Translations under genes and position numbers: made by a program
Shown: piece by piece, positions 18,410-27,762 of the stretch
How positions within the stretch are numbered: the first letter of the stretch is position 1
Layout: each line of letters starts with the position of its first letter
The notes under the pieces: generated by a model
Seen by the model: the letters and a program-made list of their open reading frames with translations, nothing else
Databases searched by the model: none
Told to the model about the DNA's origin: nothing
IMG/VR virus record: IMGVR_UViG_3300042923_000961
Location: 1 to 51,408 of that record
Source: a virus
Lineage: Duplodnaviria > Caudoviricetes
DNA length: 51,408 nucleotides
Strand: one strand, 5' to 3'

Positions 18410-18707
18410 GAAATCGGTCGGCCGCGGCCATCACCCGGTTATAACCTTCGTTTTCATCCCAGTAATCCCAATTTGTTATAGGTTCAACAATGACATGTTT
18501 CATGAGCGCTTCATTGTAGTCTTTGGTCACTACCACACCTGCAACATTCTTGGCACTGTCAATCAAGTCCTGAGCCTTGCGAATACCAGGGAATTGAAAA
18601 GTATAAGTTCCAATAACCTTCCCGTCATCATCTTTAAGTTCAAATTTTTCTTGCTTGCCTTTTTTTGAAAGATGTTCAACCTTAACATTTGTTTTTGTTT
18701 CTACCAT
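18390..18707 (-). CDS. Tail assembly chaperone
   Basis: Between tube and tape measure genes; YTFQFPG motif. Confidence 0.75.
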   Translation of the reverse strand: MVETKTNVKVEHLSKKGKQEKFELKDDDGKVIGTYTFQFPGIRKAQDLIDSAKNVAGVVVTKDYNEALMKHVIVEPITNWDYWDENEGYNRVMAAADRFLGELLH

Positions 18708-18736
18708 TGTGAGTCACGCTCCAATTTAATTTTTAA

Positions 18737-18767
18737 ATAAAATAAAAAGACGGGTTGTCCCGCCTTC
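18737..18767 (-). terminator. Intrinsic terminator after the tail tube gene
   Basis: Minus strand AGGCGGG-acaa-CCCGTCT TTTTATTTT. Confidence 0.7.
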
Positions 18768-18768
18768 A

Positions 18769-19188
18769 TCATGCAACATTGTCTTGATAATCCAGAACTG
18801 AGAAAGTGAAAGCACGCGTCGGAACTGATGTGCCAAGCGTACCATCTGCCTTCTTCGTCACCATTGCGTTTTCGCCACCAACTGTTTCAGTGCTGCCATC
18901 AGGTAAAGGTATTTTAATTTTCAATGGCTTAATCACACTTGAATTCGCCTCGGCGACAAACAGTGGAAGCGCCGGAGAAGTGAGCAACAAGTTAATCGTG
19001 ATCGTTCCTCTCGTATCATTACTCTTGGCGAAAGAACCGTTTCCCTGCGCATCAACAACCGCTGTGACCTGGTCATTGGTTTGCTGAAACGATACCATGT
19101 CGCCTTCTGCAAAATCAGTAATGACGGTATCGCCTCGAATAACGGTTACTTGGGACGCATCATATTGTTTTCCTGCATCTACTGCCAT
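18769..19188 (-). CDS. Tail tube protein (DUF3277-like)
   Basis: YDASQV...GTITINL..TSP; follows the sheath gene. Confidence 0.8.
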   Translation of the reverse strand: MAVDAGKQYDASQVTVIRGDTVITDFAEGDMVSFQQTNDQVTAVVDAQGNGSFAKSNDTRGTITINLLLTSPALPLFVAEANSSVIKPLKIKIPLPDGSTETVGGENAMVTKKADGTLGTSVPTRAFTFSVLDYQDNVA

Positions 19189-19201
19189 GGCTTAACCCTC
19201 C

Positions 19202-20227
19202 TTATGCGGCAATTTCGCCGTGAATTGTAGTCTGATGAATGGCTGACTGACGGGTATACGAGAACGATGTACCCGAATAGGTCCAGCTATCGATCGTTGC
19301 ACGGTCAATACTTGTGATTGGTACCGTATTTACCGAGAATGCCGGCAGATTCGTGGTCGGGTCTGTATCGACGATCCCGTTCGTATAGGCCGTATTCAGC
19401 ACGCCTTCGACGCGTGAAGCAATGAGCGCGATGCCTGCCGCCGTATAAGGAAGCTTACCTGATGTTTGCAGCAAGTCTTGAACAGAGGTCTCGATGTTTG
19501 CCTTCACCCAATCGTCGCCATGCAGCGCGTCGATGTACTCGCCGCCAGCGGTCTTACCTTCAGTCGTCTGTGGAATGCCTGCTTTGAGCACATAAGCATT
19601 TCCACCAGCCGTATGGATGGCTTGAACCTGCGCCGGCGTCAAATCATCGGGTGTGATCCCTGACAGGTTCCCGCGGAACTTCCATGTGATCGAACCAACA
19701 GTGAGCGATCCAGCATTTCCAATCACTGCCGCGTCTAAGTTTTCGCCAGCAACTGCATGCACATAAACCGCCGTGCGCTTATATCCGACAAATGTATCGG
19801 ATATGGGACCGTATGGAGTAATTCCGCTTGCATCAGCCACCTGCAGGAACAGGAACTTGTAAGATTTCGCTTCGATATACTGAGCAGCAGCCAAAATGTC
19901 TGCTGCTACCCCGCCCGCAACGACAGCAAAATGCCAATCCTTTGCGAAGCAATTATCGAGGGCATCGCTCACGCTGCCTGCTGTATACGTCTGCACAGCA
20001 ACTGGTGTCCCCGCATTTGCCTGTGCGAAAAAGTCACGTGCTTTGCCGTGCACATCCGTTCCCTCTGCGTAATCTGCAGTGAGCGCTGTGAGATTTGCAT
20101 ATTCCTTATAGGTTGGTGTACCCTCGGCAACAACAGGCGCAAGAATAAGCAGCAATCCGAAGCCAACAACCGACGCCGGATTTGCCACGTCAATGTTAAC
20201 AATTACGTCTGATAATGTTTCTGGCAT
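19202..20227 (-). CDS. Tail sheath protein (DUF3383-like)
   Basis: GSITWKF, GEYID..HG.DW, KLPYT..GI motifs. Confidence 0.85.
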   Translation of the reverse strand: MPETLSDVIVNIDVANPASVVGFGLLLILAPVVAEGTPTYKEYANLTALTADYAEGTDVHGKARDFFAQANAGTPVAVQTYTAGSVSDALDNCFAKDWHFAVVAGGVAADILAAAQYIEAKSYKFLFLQVADASGITPYGPISDTFVGYKRTAVYVHAVAGENLDAAVIGNAGSLTVGSITWKFRGNLSGITPDDLTPAQVQAIHTAGGNAYVLKAGIPQTTEGKTAGGEYIDALHGDDWVKANIETSVQDLLQTSGKLPYTAAGIALIASRVEGVLNTAYTNGIVDTDPTTNLPAFSVNTVPITSIDRATIDSWTYSGTSFSYTRQSAIHQTTIHGEIAA

Positions 20228-20244
20228 TATAAATCCTCCTAATC

Positions 20245-20718
20245 TTAATTAATTGGTGCCTGTTCAATCTGCGGCAACTCCTCGACAAATGGATCAACTG
20301 CACGTAACTGGATATCAAAACCCACATTGCGCTCGTAATCGATCGTGATGAAGTTGTCCCGATTGGTGAAACCCTGGATACTGACGAGCACCAGCCCGCC
20401 ATTTTCCAATAAAAAACTCCGACCGGCATTCGATCGGAGGTATTGCTGTGCTCGTTCTGCTAGATTGAGCGCTTGAATCGCTGATTGTGACTTAAAAGTC
20501 AGACTGACAACCATTTCAAACTGTTCTGCTGGTTGTGGTTGCACCTGATTACCAACAATCAGTTTTGGCGTTGTTATCGTGTACGTTGCAAACGGATAAG
20601 CAGGTTGATCACCTGCTGAATCCGCCTGAATCAGCGTAATGCCAAGCGAGCGCATCGCTTGTACCAATGTCTTGGTAACGGTTGAGTAATCAAAGTACAT
20701 TGGATCAGCCAAATGCAC
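20245..20718 (-). CDS. Tail terminator / neck protein
   Basis: P.YPFATY motif; position before the sheath gene. Confidence 0.7.
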   Translation of the reverse strand: MHLADPMYFDYSTVTKTLVQAMRSLGITLIQADSAGDQPAYPFATYTITTPKLIVGNQVQPQPAEQFEMVVSLTFKSQSAIQALNLAERAQQYLRSNAGRSFLLENGGLVLVSIQGFTNRDNFITIDYERNVGFDIQLRAVDPFVEELPQIEQAPIN

Positions 20719-21058
20719 TCACCCACTTCAATTCGTACTGTGTGAAGTCTGCATAATCTTCATACGGTGTTTTGCCTTCGACACTGTACTTCTGACCGGA
20801 GCGGACAATAACTGTCTTTGCCGGTATGTCTGGCTTGTCGATCAACAGCTGCCGATCAGACTCTTTTAGACGACCACCACTTTGATAGATCTCGTTTTGT
20901 GAGAACGGAATAAGTGCACCTGTGATCGGTACTTCCACCGGATCACTGCCTGGCACCCATTCCCCGCTGTCGTCATAATGTCCCGGTGTTCCTTGCTGAA
21001 GCATTGTGAGAGGAACGCTATACTCGGCCAACATATCGCTGAAATCAAACATCGGCAT
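20705..21058 (-). CDS. Head closure protein
   Basis: GHYDDSGEWVPG motif; gene order. Confidence 0.65.
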   Translation of the reverse strand: MPMFDFSDMLAEYSVPLTMLQQGTPGHYDDSGEWVPGSDPVEVPITGALIPFSQNEIYQSGGRLKESDRQLLIDKPDIPAKTVIVRSGQKYSVEGKTPYEDYADFTQYELKWVSAFG

Positions 21059-21671
21059 TGTCTCTCACCACTTTCCAAGTCACTGCTGCTCGTAAATGCC
21101 CGGTATCCATCAATGGATTGGTGCTGTGTTTCTGCCGGTCAGCAACCGTAATCGGTGACAATTTCGGATCACGGAGATTGCGCATCTTTTTCTGGACATC
21201 ACCAACAATTAAAGCACCTAGCCGTGAATATGCTTGCTTGGCTGTTATCTCAAGCGAGCAGACTAATTCAATCTGCCGCTCAAAGAAGTCTGTCCATTTT
21301 TCGTTCTGCTCATCGAACGTGGAACGCAAAAAAGACCGCTCGGGGACTGTCACTTGTTTTGCAAGCATATAGCAGAATTCAATTTGATCCTTCCCCTTGT
21401 TCCGGCAAAGGTAAGCAGTTCCCTCTTTCGTTTTCAAATAGAATAGATCGAGTGACTTCGGATCAACACCCTTGTACTTCGGTGCAAGTGGAATGACCAT
21501 GTAATTCTTCTTGGCTTTGATCGTCATGCCGAACTCCTGTACGCTAGCGATCATTGCTTCCGTGTAATCCCCGCCATCACCAAAGATACCTATTTCAATC
21601 GCTAGATGATCTAACTCATGAAACTCGTGCATGATGCGGTCGTACCCGCTGCTATCATCCTCTATTGGCAT
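21045..21671 (-). CDS. Neck / tail completion protein
   Basis: QEFG, PERSFLRST, PLMDTGHL motifs. Confidence 0.75.
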   Translation of the reverse strand: MPIEDDSSGYDRIMHEFHELDHLAIEIGIFGDGGDYTEAMIASVQEFGMTIKAKKNYMVIPLAPKYKGVDPKSLDLFYLKTKEGTAYLCRNKGKDQIEFCYMLAKQVTVPERSFLRSTFDEQNEKWTDFFERQIELVCSLEITAKQAYSRLGALIVGDVQKKMRNLRDPKLSPITVADRQKHSTNPLMDTGHLRAAVTWKVVRDNADV

Positions 21672-22033
21672 CAGATCACCACCAAATTAAGACCGCCTGA
21701 ACCGTCAATGCGTTTGAGCAGTCGCTTGTACTCCTGACCATAAGGTGTAGCATCTAATCCCTTATTCGTATCCAGCTGACTGTTGGAAAAAGATCGCTGC
21801 ATCGGTCCCACACGCTCGCTCTGCGCTCTTCTGACGTTCAAAGATGCAAAGTGCGCCGCAAGATATCGATTCAAGCGCTCGATGTACTGCGACGGAACAT
21901 GACGTTCTGTTACTTCTTGATAAGCGTCATCGATGCTTACCTGTAAATCATTATCCGATAAGGATGAGAGGTGCTTGGCAATCGAGCGGACGCGTGCAAG
22001 AGTAGTTTTGCTTGTCGGGTCTGTATCAGCCAT
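21671..22033 (-). CDS. Head-tail adaptor (DUF4054-like)
   Basis: YLAAH and TPYGQEY motifs. Confidence 0.8.
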   Translation of the reverse strand: MADTDPTSKTTLARVRSIAKHLSSLSDNDLQVSIDDAYQEVTERHVPSQYIERLNRYLAAHFASLNVRRAQSERVGPMQRSFSNSQLDTNKGLDATPYGQEYKRLLKRIDGSGGLNLVVI

Positions 22034-22046
22034 AGGGCTTCACCCC

Positions 22047-22403
22047 TTATTCGTCCGGATTGACGATTTTGTCTTCCGGAGGATTCTTAATGCTCTCAAC
22101 CTGTTCAGCAATGGCATCAAGCACCGTCTTCCGTTTGCTCTTGCCATTTTCAGCTGTTTTAAACTTGTCCAGCAAGCCAAGGTCAAAGGTGTCATTGACT
22201 AGATCAACAGCTGCATTAACATCAACCGCAGTGATATCAGTCTTGCTGACGACTTCAATTTCTTTGCCAATCAGCACCTTGTTCAACGGATGCTTTGCCG
22301 CTTCGGCATAAGCCTTGGATTCTTCAACAGATAAATCATTGACGCCCGGAAGCAACCGAGCGCCAATGTGACGAACATAATTCCCTTTGTTTTGTACGAG
22401 CAT
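22047..22403 (-). CDS. Phage head-associated protein
   Basis: Start reassigned to the ATG overlapping the capsid stop (TGATG). Confidence 0.65.
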   Translation of the reverse strand: MLVQNKGNYVRHIGARLLPGVNDLSVEESKAYAEAAKHPLNKVLIGKEIEVVSKTDITAVDVNAAVDLVNDTFDLGLLDKFKTAENGKSKRKTVLDAIAEQVESIKNPPEDKIVNPDE

Positions 22404-23308
22404 CAGATTCCATCTCCTCTTGCTACACCCATTGGATAGCGGATAATCACACCAGCAAGACGCTCTTCGCATGGGACTTTCCAGCGTGGGTACTTCCATT
22501 CCGGATCCAGCCGTGTAAGGTCCATGCTGATGAGTAACTGCATCACTTCAGGAGAGCAGTCCATGACGAGCATCGAGTCTGTACCTGAGGTCCCAACACC
22601 TTTTAAATCAGGCACACGGTGGATCATCGAGAACCAGTTATACCCGTTCAGTACCTGCAGGATCGAACGAGAATCATAGTCGCTGTAACGACGGTTCAAC
22701 TCTTCATACTGATCAGCAGGAACACACAGGCAAAGGCTGCCAGAGTTTGCATGACCAGGAAGTACGGTAATCAATTTACGCAGCTTACGAACGTCCTCAA
22801 TAATTTCTTCTGAGGTCTTGTCCACCCACTTGGTTGATGTCGCCCCTGCGTTTTGATCAACTGCTTTTGTCTGAATACCAGTAGCATTCACAGCTCCTTT
22901 GATGTTGTACTTGCTGTCCCCGAGCCATGCGATCTTGTTTTCTTTTTCAGCTATCGCACGACGTGCAACTGCAGCACGTGCCGTATCAATTGGAGTGTTT
23001 GCCATTTGAGCCGCTCTCAGTTCTTGTACGGAATATCCATAGCCAATCGCAATCGTGTAGATGTCAACGTGCTCGCGCTTCAGATCAATGTCTACGAGTG
23101 GCAGATCATCGGCACCGTTCGCCATAATCTTGGCAACGCCTGTACGTGTCATAACGTTGTAAGCGTAGGTTTCTGCGCCTGCCGGTACGTCTGACTTAAT
23201 GTCAAAGCACTGGCGAGCAGTCAGTTCTTCATATTTTGGTTCGTATAGCACATTATCGAGCTGCTCAAGATCAAGCGCTCTTAAATTTGCTCTGTATGGT
23301 GCTGGCAT
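22403..23308 (-). CDS. Major capsid protein (DUF2184-like)
   Basis: DDLPLVD, YSVQEL.AA, GVIIRYP motifs. Confidence 0.88.
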   Translation of the reverse strand: MPAPYRANLRALDLEQLDNVLYEPKYEELTARQCFDIKSDVPAGAETYAYNVMTRTGVAKIMANGADDLPLVDIDLKREHVDIYTIAIGYGYSVQELRAAQMANTPIDTARAAVARRAIAEKENKIAWLGDSKYNIKGAVNATGIQTKAVDQNAGATSTKWVDKTSEEIIEDVRKLRKLITVLPGHANSGSLCLCVPADQYEELNRRYSDYDSRSILQVLNGYNWFSMIHRVPDLKGVGTSGTDSMLVMDCSPEVMQLLISMDLTRLDPEWKYPRWKVPCEERLAGVIIRYPMGVARGDGI

Positions 23309-23327
23309 TTTTCATTCCCCCTTCGTT

Positions 23328-23816
23328 TTACGGTAAGTTAATTTCTAGTTGTGCTAGATTACCAGCTTGTGCGGTCGTTCTGAATACGCCGACGGTGTCA
23401 GATACAGTTGCTGTCGCGCTGCCTTTCTGACGGAAGTCTCCGGTTTCGTTGTCCACGACTGCTTGCTTGCCACGGATAACATCTTCGAGTACCTCAACCC
23501 AAATAATTCCCCGGCGTAGGACGGTTACAGGTTGTCCTGTTGGATAGGCTGTGCCGGTAATTTCACCAGTGGATACATCATCCACTCGATACTCGCCGGC
23601 AAAATGGTTTGCGACGGCCACACCAACGAAGGCAGAGCCGGCAGCCCCGTCATATTTCAGTACCTTGTCCGGATCATCCGGTGATTGTTTCAACGCAAGG
23701 CCCCATGGAATATCTGCGCCGGCACCGAAGGTTTCGGCATGCTCATCATGGTAGCTTGCGAGTTTACCTTTGCCGGTTTCCGGAGTCATGTACTGCTCAT
23801 AAGAATTAATAGGCAT
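23328..23816 (-). CDS. Capsid decoration/cement protein
   Basis: VLRRGIIWV motif; immediately upstream of the major capsid gene. Confidence 0.75.
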   Translation of the reverse strand: MPINSYEQYMTPETGKGKLASYHDEHAETFGAGADIPWGLALKQSPDDPDKVLKYDGAAGSAFVGVAVANHFAGEYRVDDVSTGEITGTAYPTGQPVTVLRRGIIWVEVLEDVIRGKQAVVDNETGDFRQKGSATATVSDTVGVFRTTAQAGNLAQLEINLP

Positions 23817-23830
23817 TGTTTAATCCCTCC

Positions 23831-24938
23831 TTATTTGTTTTTGTTCATGTTCTTCATGTTCATGCGGTCAGCACGCTTCTGCTCAATAGCCTTTTTATTG
23901 CCGGCAGCACCCTGCAGGTTCTTCAGATTGTTTGCGCCATCAGAATGGAAGCCCTCAGCCTCAATTTGGCCAACCATGGCATCGTAGAACGCATTGACAT
24001 AGTCATCAGACTTGCCGTCACCTTTGAAATCTTCCTTGGCTGTCTGAATAACCGCTTCTTTAATGTCACGGTCCGTCTTTCCCTTGAAGTCGAACGAATC
24101 GCCGAGAATCTGCGTTGCACTGGTTACGAGCTCAAGACGTTCCTCAACCTTTTCGTCCAGCTTGTCGGATACAGCTTTGGCTTCCTCGAGTTCCTGTTTC
24201 TTCTGCTCGAGTTCTGTTTCCAAAGCATCATATTTTCCCTGCAGCTTGTCATGCTCCGCTACCTTTGTGGCTGCGGTATCGAGTTTAGCCTGTTGGGCTT
24301 CGAGATATGATTTGACTGCTGTATCTACCTCGTACTCTTGATTGTCAATCTTGTACTTTGCCATGTGCTTTGTTCCTCCCTTGTTTGGATCTGCTGAATC
24401 TACCATGTAGGCAGATTCTTGTGCGGCGTCGCCTCTGATTGCGACTGTCGGTCCCGCACGACCGCGATACCACGGCAACGTGATTGATCTCAACGTTTCT
24501 TTGCACCGCATCATAATGCTCGCCGTTATATTCACCCTGCGTCATAGCCACATCAGACATAAAACCAATGGACAGCTCACGTTTGCCGTTCTTGATCTTT
24601 TGAATCAAGTCCTTATCCGTGATTGTCATGGACACGGTCAGCTTGTTCCCGAATACCTGAGCATCCGTGTGCGTCATGCCCTTCGAGTACGTCTGATAGT
24701 TCGCCAGCGTCACAAGTTCATGCGGATGGTCATCCGTCACTGGCTTTCCAATCGCCGAGCGAACCGTACGATCAGAAAAGATTTCATCCGGAAGCTTAGC
24801 CTCCATCTGAATCCCGCCATCGCTCCGCATGTACGGAAAAACGCCAGGTCGGGTAATCGGTGCTTTGACCGTTAGAAACCCTTCTGGCGTTTCGGAGAAA
24901 TCCTCTATGAGTGCTTTGTCGTACCGTTGCTTTTTCAC
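23831..24938 (-). pseudogene. Prohead protease/scaffold (DUF2213-like), split by a frameshift near 24465
   Basis: TPEGFL, PVTDDHP, ELSIGF, NHVAVV lie in one frame; RGRAGP and the scaffold coil continue in another. Confidence 0.85.
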
Positions 24939-25000
24939 ATATGATCACCACCTTTCGGGATAAATTAATCCATAACGCAGGACTAGGCGAGATAAACGAA

Positions 25001-25303
25001 TCACCCCCTTGTGGAATTGTTAATTACAACGGTATCTGTTAGATTATCTGCCAATTCCTTGAACTTTTTATCGATTTCTTCTCTTACTTTCTTTCCTATT
25101 CCATCAAGATTAACTTCCACAGCAATGTTTCGTAATTGGTTGGATTCATTAACACCTTTACGGTATTCCTGTTCCATTAGCAAAGCGATCTCTTGAAGCT
25201 GATCTGCCGTCAGCGACTTGAGCGTTTCCGAACCAATCAGACTTGCGTAATGCCTCTGTAGGTCTTTAGGATAAATGGCATCCATGGGCTTCATTTCAAT
25301 CAC
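25001..25303 (-). CDS. Hypothetical phage protein
   Basis: ORF in operon orientation, overlapping the upstream gene. Confidence 0.55.
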   Translation of the reverse strand: MIEMKPMDAIYPKDLQRHYASLIGSETLKSLTADQLQEIALLMEQEYRKGVNESNQLRNIAVEVNLDGIGKKVREEIDKKFKELADNLTDTVVINNSTRG

Positions 25304-25592
25304 TTACCTTTTTATAAGTTTCCTCAAAGACGCCTCGACTCAACATCTGTTCTTTTTGACCAAAAAGACGGATTATATAATCTTTGTCCTTCAGTTCCTG
25401 CTCGCCGTGCTGACCATTAATAAAAAATTTTGCCCTTACACTTGGATAGAGATCGGGGTGATTCACGAATTCATCAACTCTGAATTGTTTTGCCTCGATG
25501 ATATCTGAAGTCCTAACATATCTGTGCTTTGAAACATCACTTTTTCTCGTATCCACTTTTCGTTCTGTAATTCTTGCACTTGGTTTGTCCAT
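25296..25592 (-). CDS. Hypothetical phage protein (PGDYG-like pattern)
   Basis: AGGAGG RBS; IEAKQF...DYII...FEETY. Confidence 0.6.
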   Translation of the reverse strand: MDKPSARITERKVDTRKSDVSKHRYVRTSDIIEAKQFRVDEFVNHPDLYPSVRAKFFINGQHGEQELKDKDYIIRLFGQKEQMLSRGVFEETYKKVSD

Positions 25593-25601
25593 TTGTGCCT
25601 C

Positions 25602-26378
25602 CTAATCATCAAATACTGGATATGCTACACATCGGCATCGAAATGGTTCTCCTGGCAATCCTTCGCTTGGTGGGTTGTCATATGAGAATATATGGCCGTT
25701 CAAGTCTCTGTGCTTTGGACGAACCCGATTGTCTCCAGCGTCCACCCATTCAAACTTCTTAACGCCAACCTCTCGATGCCTTTTGCCAGTCATTTGTCCG
25801 AAGATTGTCCCTGTCTGGTCCACAGCAATAAACTGCGCTCGATTCCGCGTCATACCTACACGATCGACAAGACCTTGGCGAATGTCACCAATACTCTGAC
25901 CTTTCTTTACACCCTGATAGATGATCGATTCGATCTTAGGAAAAAACTCATCCCTGATCGTGCTGATGTATGAAACATTTTCGGCAACACTGCTCCGCAT
26001 GAACTCAGCAAGCCATGGTTCTGACTGCGTCGGATCAATGCTATGAATCGCTCCCTGTGCTTTCGTATTTGCCTTGCTCTGCTCATTAACTGTCTTCACA
26101 AACCGCTCGGCTGTGCGTTGCACGTCGCTATTTGAAAAAATCCCAAGAGAAAGCCCCTTAATGAGTTCAACTGCTTGCCGAATCACATCAAGGGGTTCAT
26201 CTTGCCTGTATTCAGTTGCATCCTGCCGCGCTTTGTACTGCTTAATCTGTGACTTAATCTGATCATCAAAGATTTGCAATGTCAGCTTGCCGAGTTGGTC
26301 CACCATATTCAGGAGTTGACGTATATAAAAGCGTTCAGCGCTCCAAGGGTACCGAGTTTTAGGAATTCGCTTTACCAT
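25602..26378 (-). CDS. Minor head morphogenesis protein (SPP1 gp7/Mu F family)
   Basis: RAQFIAVDQT, DNRVRPKH, PGEPFRCRC. Confidence 0.9.
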   Translation of the reverse strand: MVKRIPKTRYPWSAERFYIRQLLNMVDQLGKLTLQIFDDQIKSQIKQYKARQDATEYRQDEPLDVIRQAVELIKGLSLGIFSNSDVQRTAERFVKTVNEQSKANTKAQGAIHSIDPTQSEPWLAEFMRSSVAENVSYISTIRDEFFPKIESIIYQGVKKGQSIGDIRQGLVDRVGMTRNRAQFIAVDQTGTIFGQMTGKRHREVGVKKFEWVDAGDNRVRPKHRDLNGHIFSYDNPPSEGLPGEPFRCRCVAYPVFDD

Positions 26379-27762
26379 GATTTTGCGCCTCCTGATGTGC
26401 TCGGTAAATCTCTTTGGCCATAGCTTCTATTTCTTCTTTACTGTATCCATCAAGTGAAGCGGCATTGGGAACACTGCTAACACCAGTGCTGCCAAACCGT
26501 GCCGCCTTGATCTCATCTGGATCAGCAACGCCATTAACCAGGTAAATCTGATCAGCCTGTGCATTGGCCAAACGAATCTTGCTGTCAGTCTCGGAATCTA
26601 CATGCCATAAAGGATTGAATTTGATCTGATAGTCTACCTTTTCCGGATCCGTATGGCCAAACTCTTCCGACTGCAAGATGAGATTAATAAGATGTTCCAA
26701 ATGCGGCCGCAGCTGGTTCTCCTGCATCGCTGAGATACGAGCATAATAGTTCATTACATCGTACTGAGCGCCGGCAATCGTTCCCGCTTGTTGTCCTTTA
26801 ATAACACTCTTTGGCATCCGTACAGCTCCCGCAAGATAATCCCATACGTAATCGAGCAAGAAGTTAACTCCTGTTACCGGAGTTGCCTTCTTTTCGAGCT
26901 CTTCATCTTTGCCGATAATAGCAAGTGCTTCTGTTCGAAAAGCGAAATCCATTAACATGCCAAGCTCTGCTTTATCGGACTTGCTCAGGTCGTCCGCGTC
27001 CATAGATTTATAGACCTTAAAGACATAATCATAAAGGATCTGCCCAACAGACCACAGCGAAGTATCGAGCACCTTAATCACATCGTATAGCGGCTCGAGG
27101 ATTGACTGCCCTTTGCCCTCAAGCTCGTCCTCTTCAAGCAATCGTGTCTGATCGTGGATAAGCCGTGACGAGTGAATCTTGTTGTCTACCTCGGCGATTG
27201 AGGTCCCGCTCAATATCTGCTGGCCGATCGGCGTCAGTCGATTGATCTGAAAGAACTCTACAGTACCGTAATCCCTGCTAAACGGATCACGGTTCATGAC
27301 GAAATTATTTACCTTGTAGCTGCTGAACGGGTTCAGGTAGTCAATGCTCTTGATCTTCAGCGGATCCAATGGATCGCTCAAATTGAAAGTAACTGATTGA
27401 GTAACCCCAAGTGCGATAAATCCGTCACCACGTAACCGCTCATACTGCCGGCATTTGTAAAAGGCTTGCTTCGCGTTCAAATCGCGCAGCTTTTTCATCA
27501 GCTGATCGTGCAGCGCATTGTCTTTTAGCTCAATGTCCCATCCGTTCTGCGTCATATCCTCAGCTGGTATGTCAACGATGTTCTGTACGATGGCATTGGT
27601 CGCGTAAAGATCGGACAGATCTTGTTGTGTCATCTTATGACGTATCTGCGGCCGCTGCCTCGTGATTTTGTCGGTTCCATAGCCTTTCTTCTGACCGGTC
27701 ATAAAATCTTCTCTGAAACCGTCCGTGCGCACTGTATCAATTGTTTTCTGCATGTCTCTCAC
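26359..27762 (-). CDS. Portal protein (DUF1073-like)
   Basis: IVDIPAEDM, IHSSRL, FNPLW motifs; follows terL. Confidence 0.88.
   Translation of the reverse strand: MRDMQKTIDTVRTDGFREDFMTGQKKGYGTDKITRQRPQIRHKMTQQDLSDLYATNAIVQNIVDIPAEDMTQNGWDIELKDNALHDQLMKKLRDLNAKQAFYKCRQYERLRGDGFIALGVTQSVTFNLSDPLDPLKIKSIDYLNPFSSYKVNNFVMNRDPFSRDYGTVEFFQINRLTPIGQQILSGTSIAEVDNKIHSSRLIHDQTRLLEEDELEGKGQSILEPLYDVIKVLDTSLWSVGQILYDYVFKVYKSMDADDLSKSDKAELGMLMDFAFRTEALAIIGKDEELEKKATPVTGVNFLLDYVWDYLAGAVRMPKSVIKGQQAGTIAGAQYDVMNYYARISAMQENQLRPHLEHLINLILQSEEFGHTDPEKVDYQIKFNPLWHVDSETDSKIRLANAQADQIYLVNGVADPDEIKAARFGSTGVSSVPNAASLDGYSKEEIEAMAKEIYRAHQEAQNHGKANS

Noticed and set aside
26359-27762. Possible anti-CBASS Acb1 label often attached to DUF1073 proteins
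   Set aside because: Size, motifs and position between terL and gp7 identify it as the portal; no 2H-phosphoesterase HxT pair is evident
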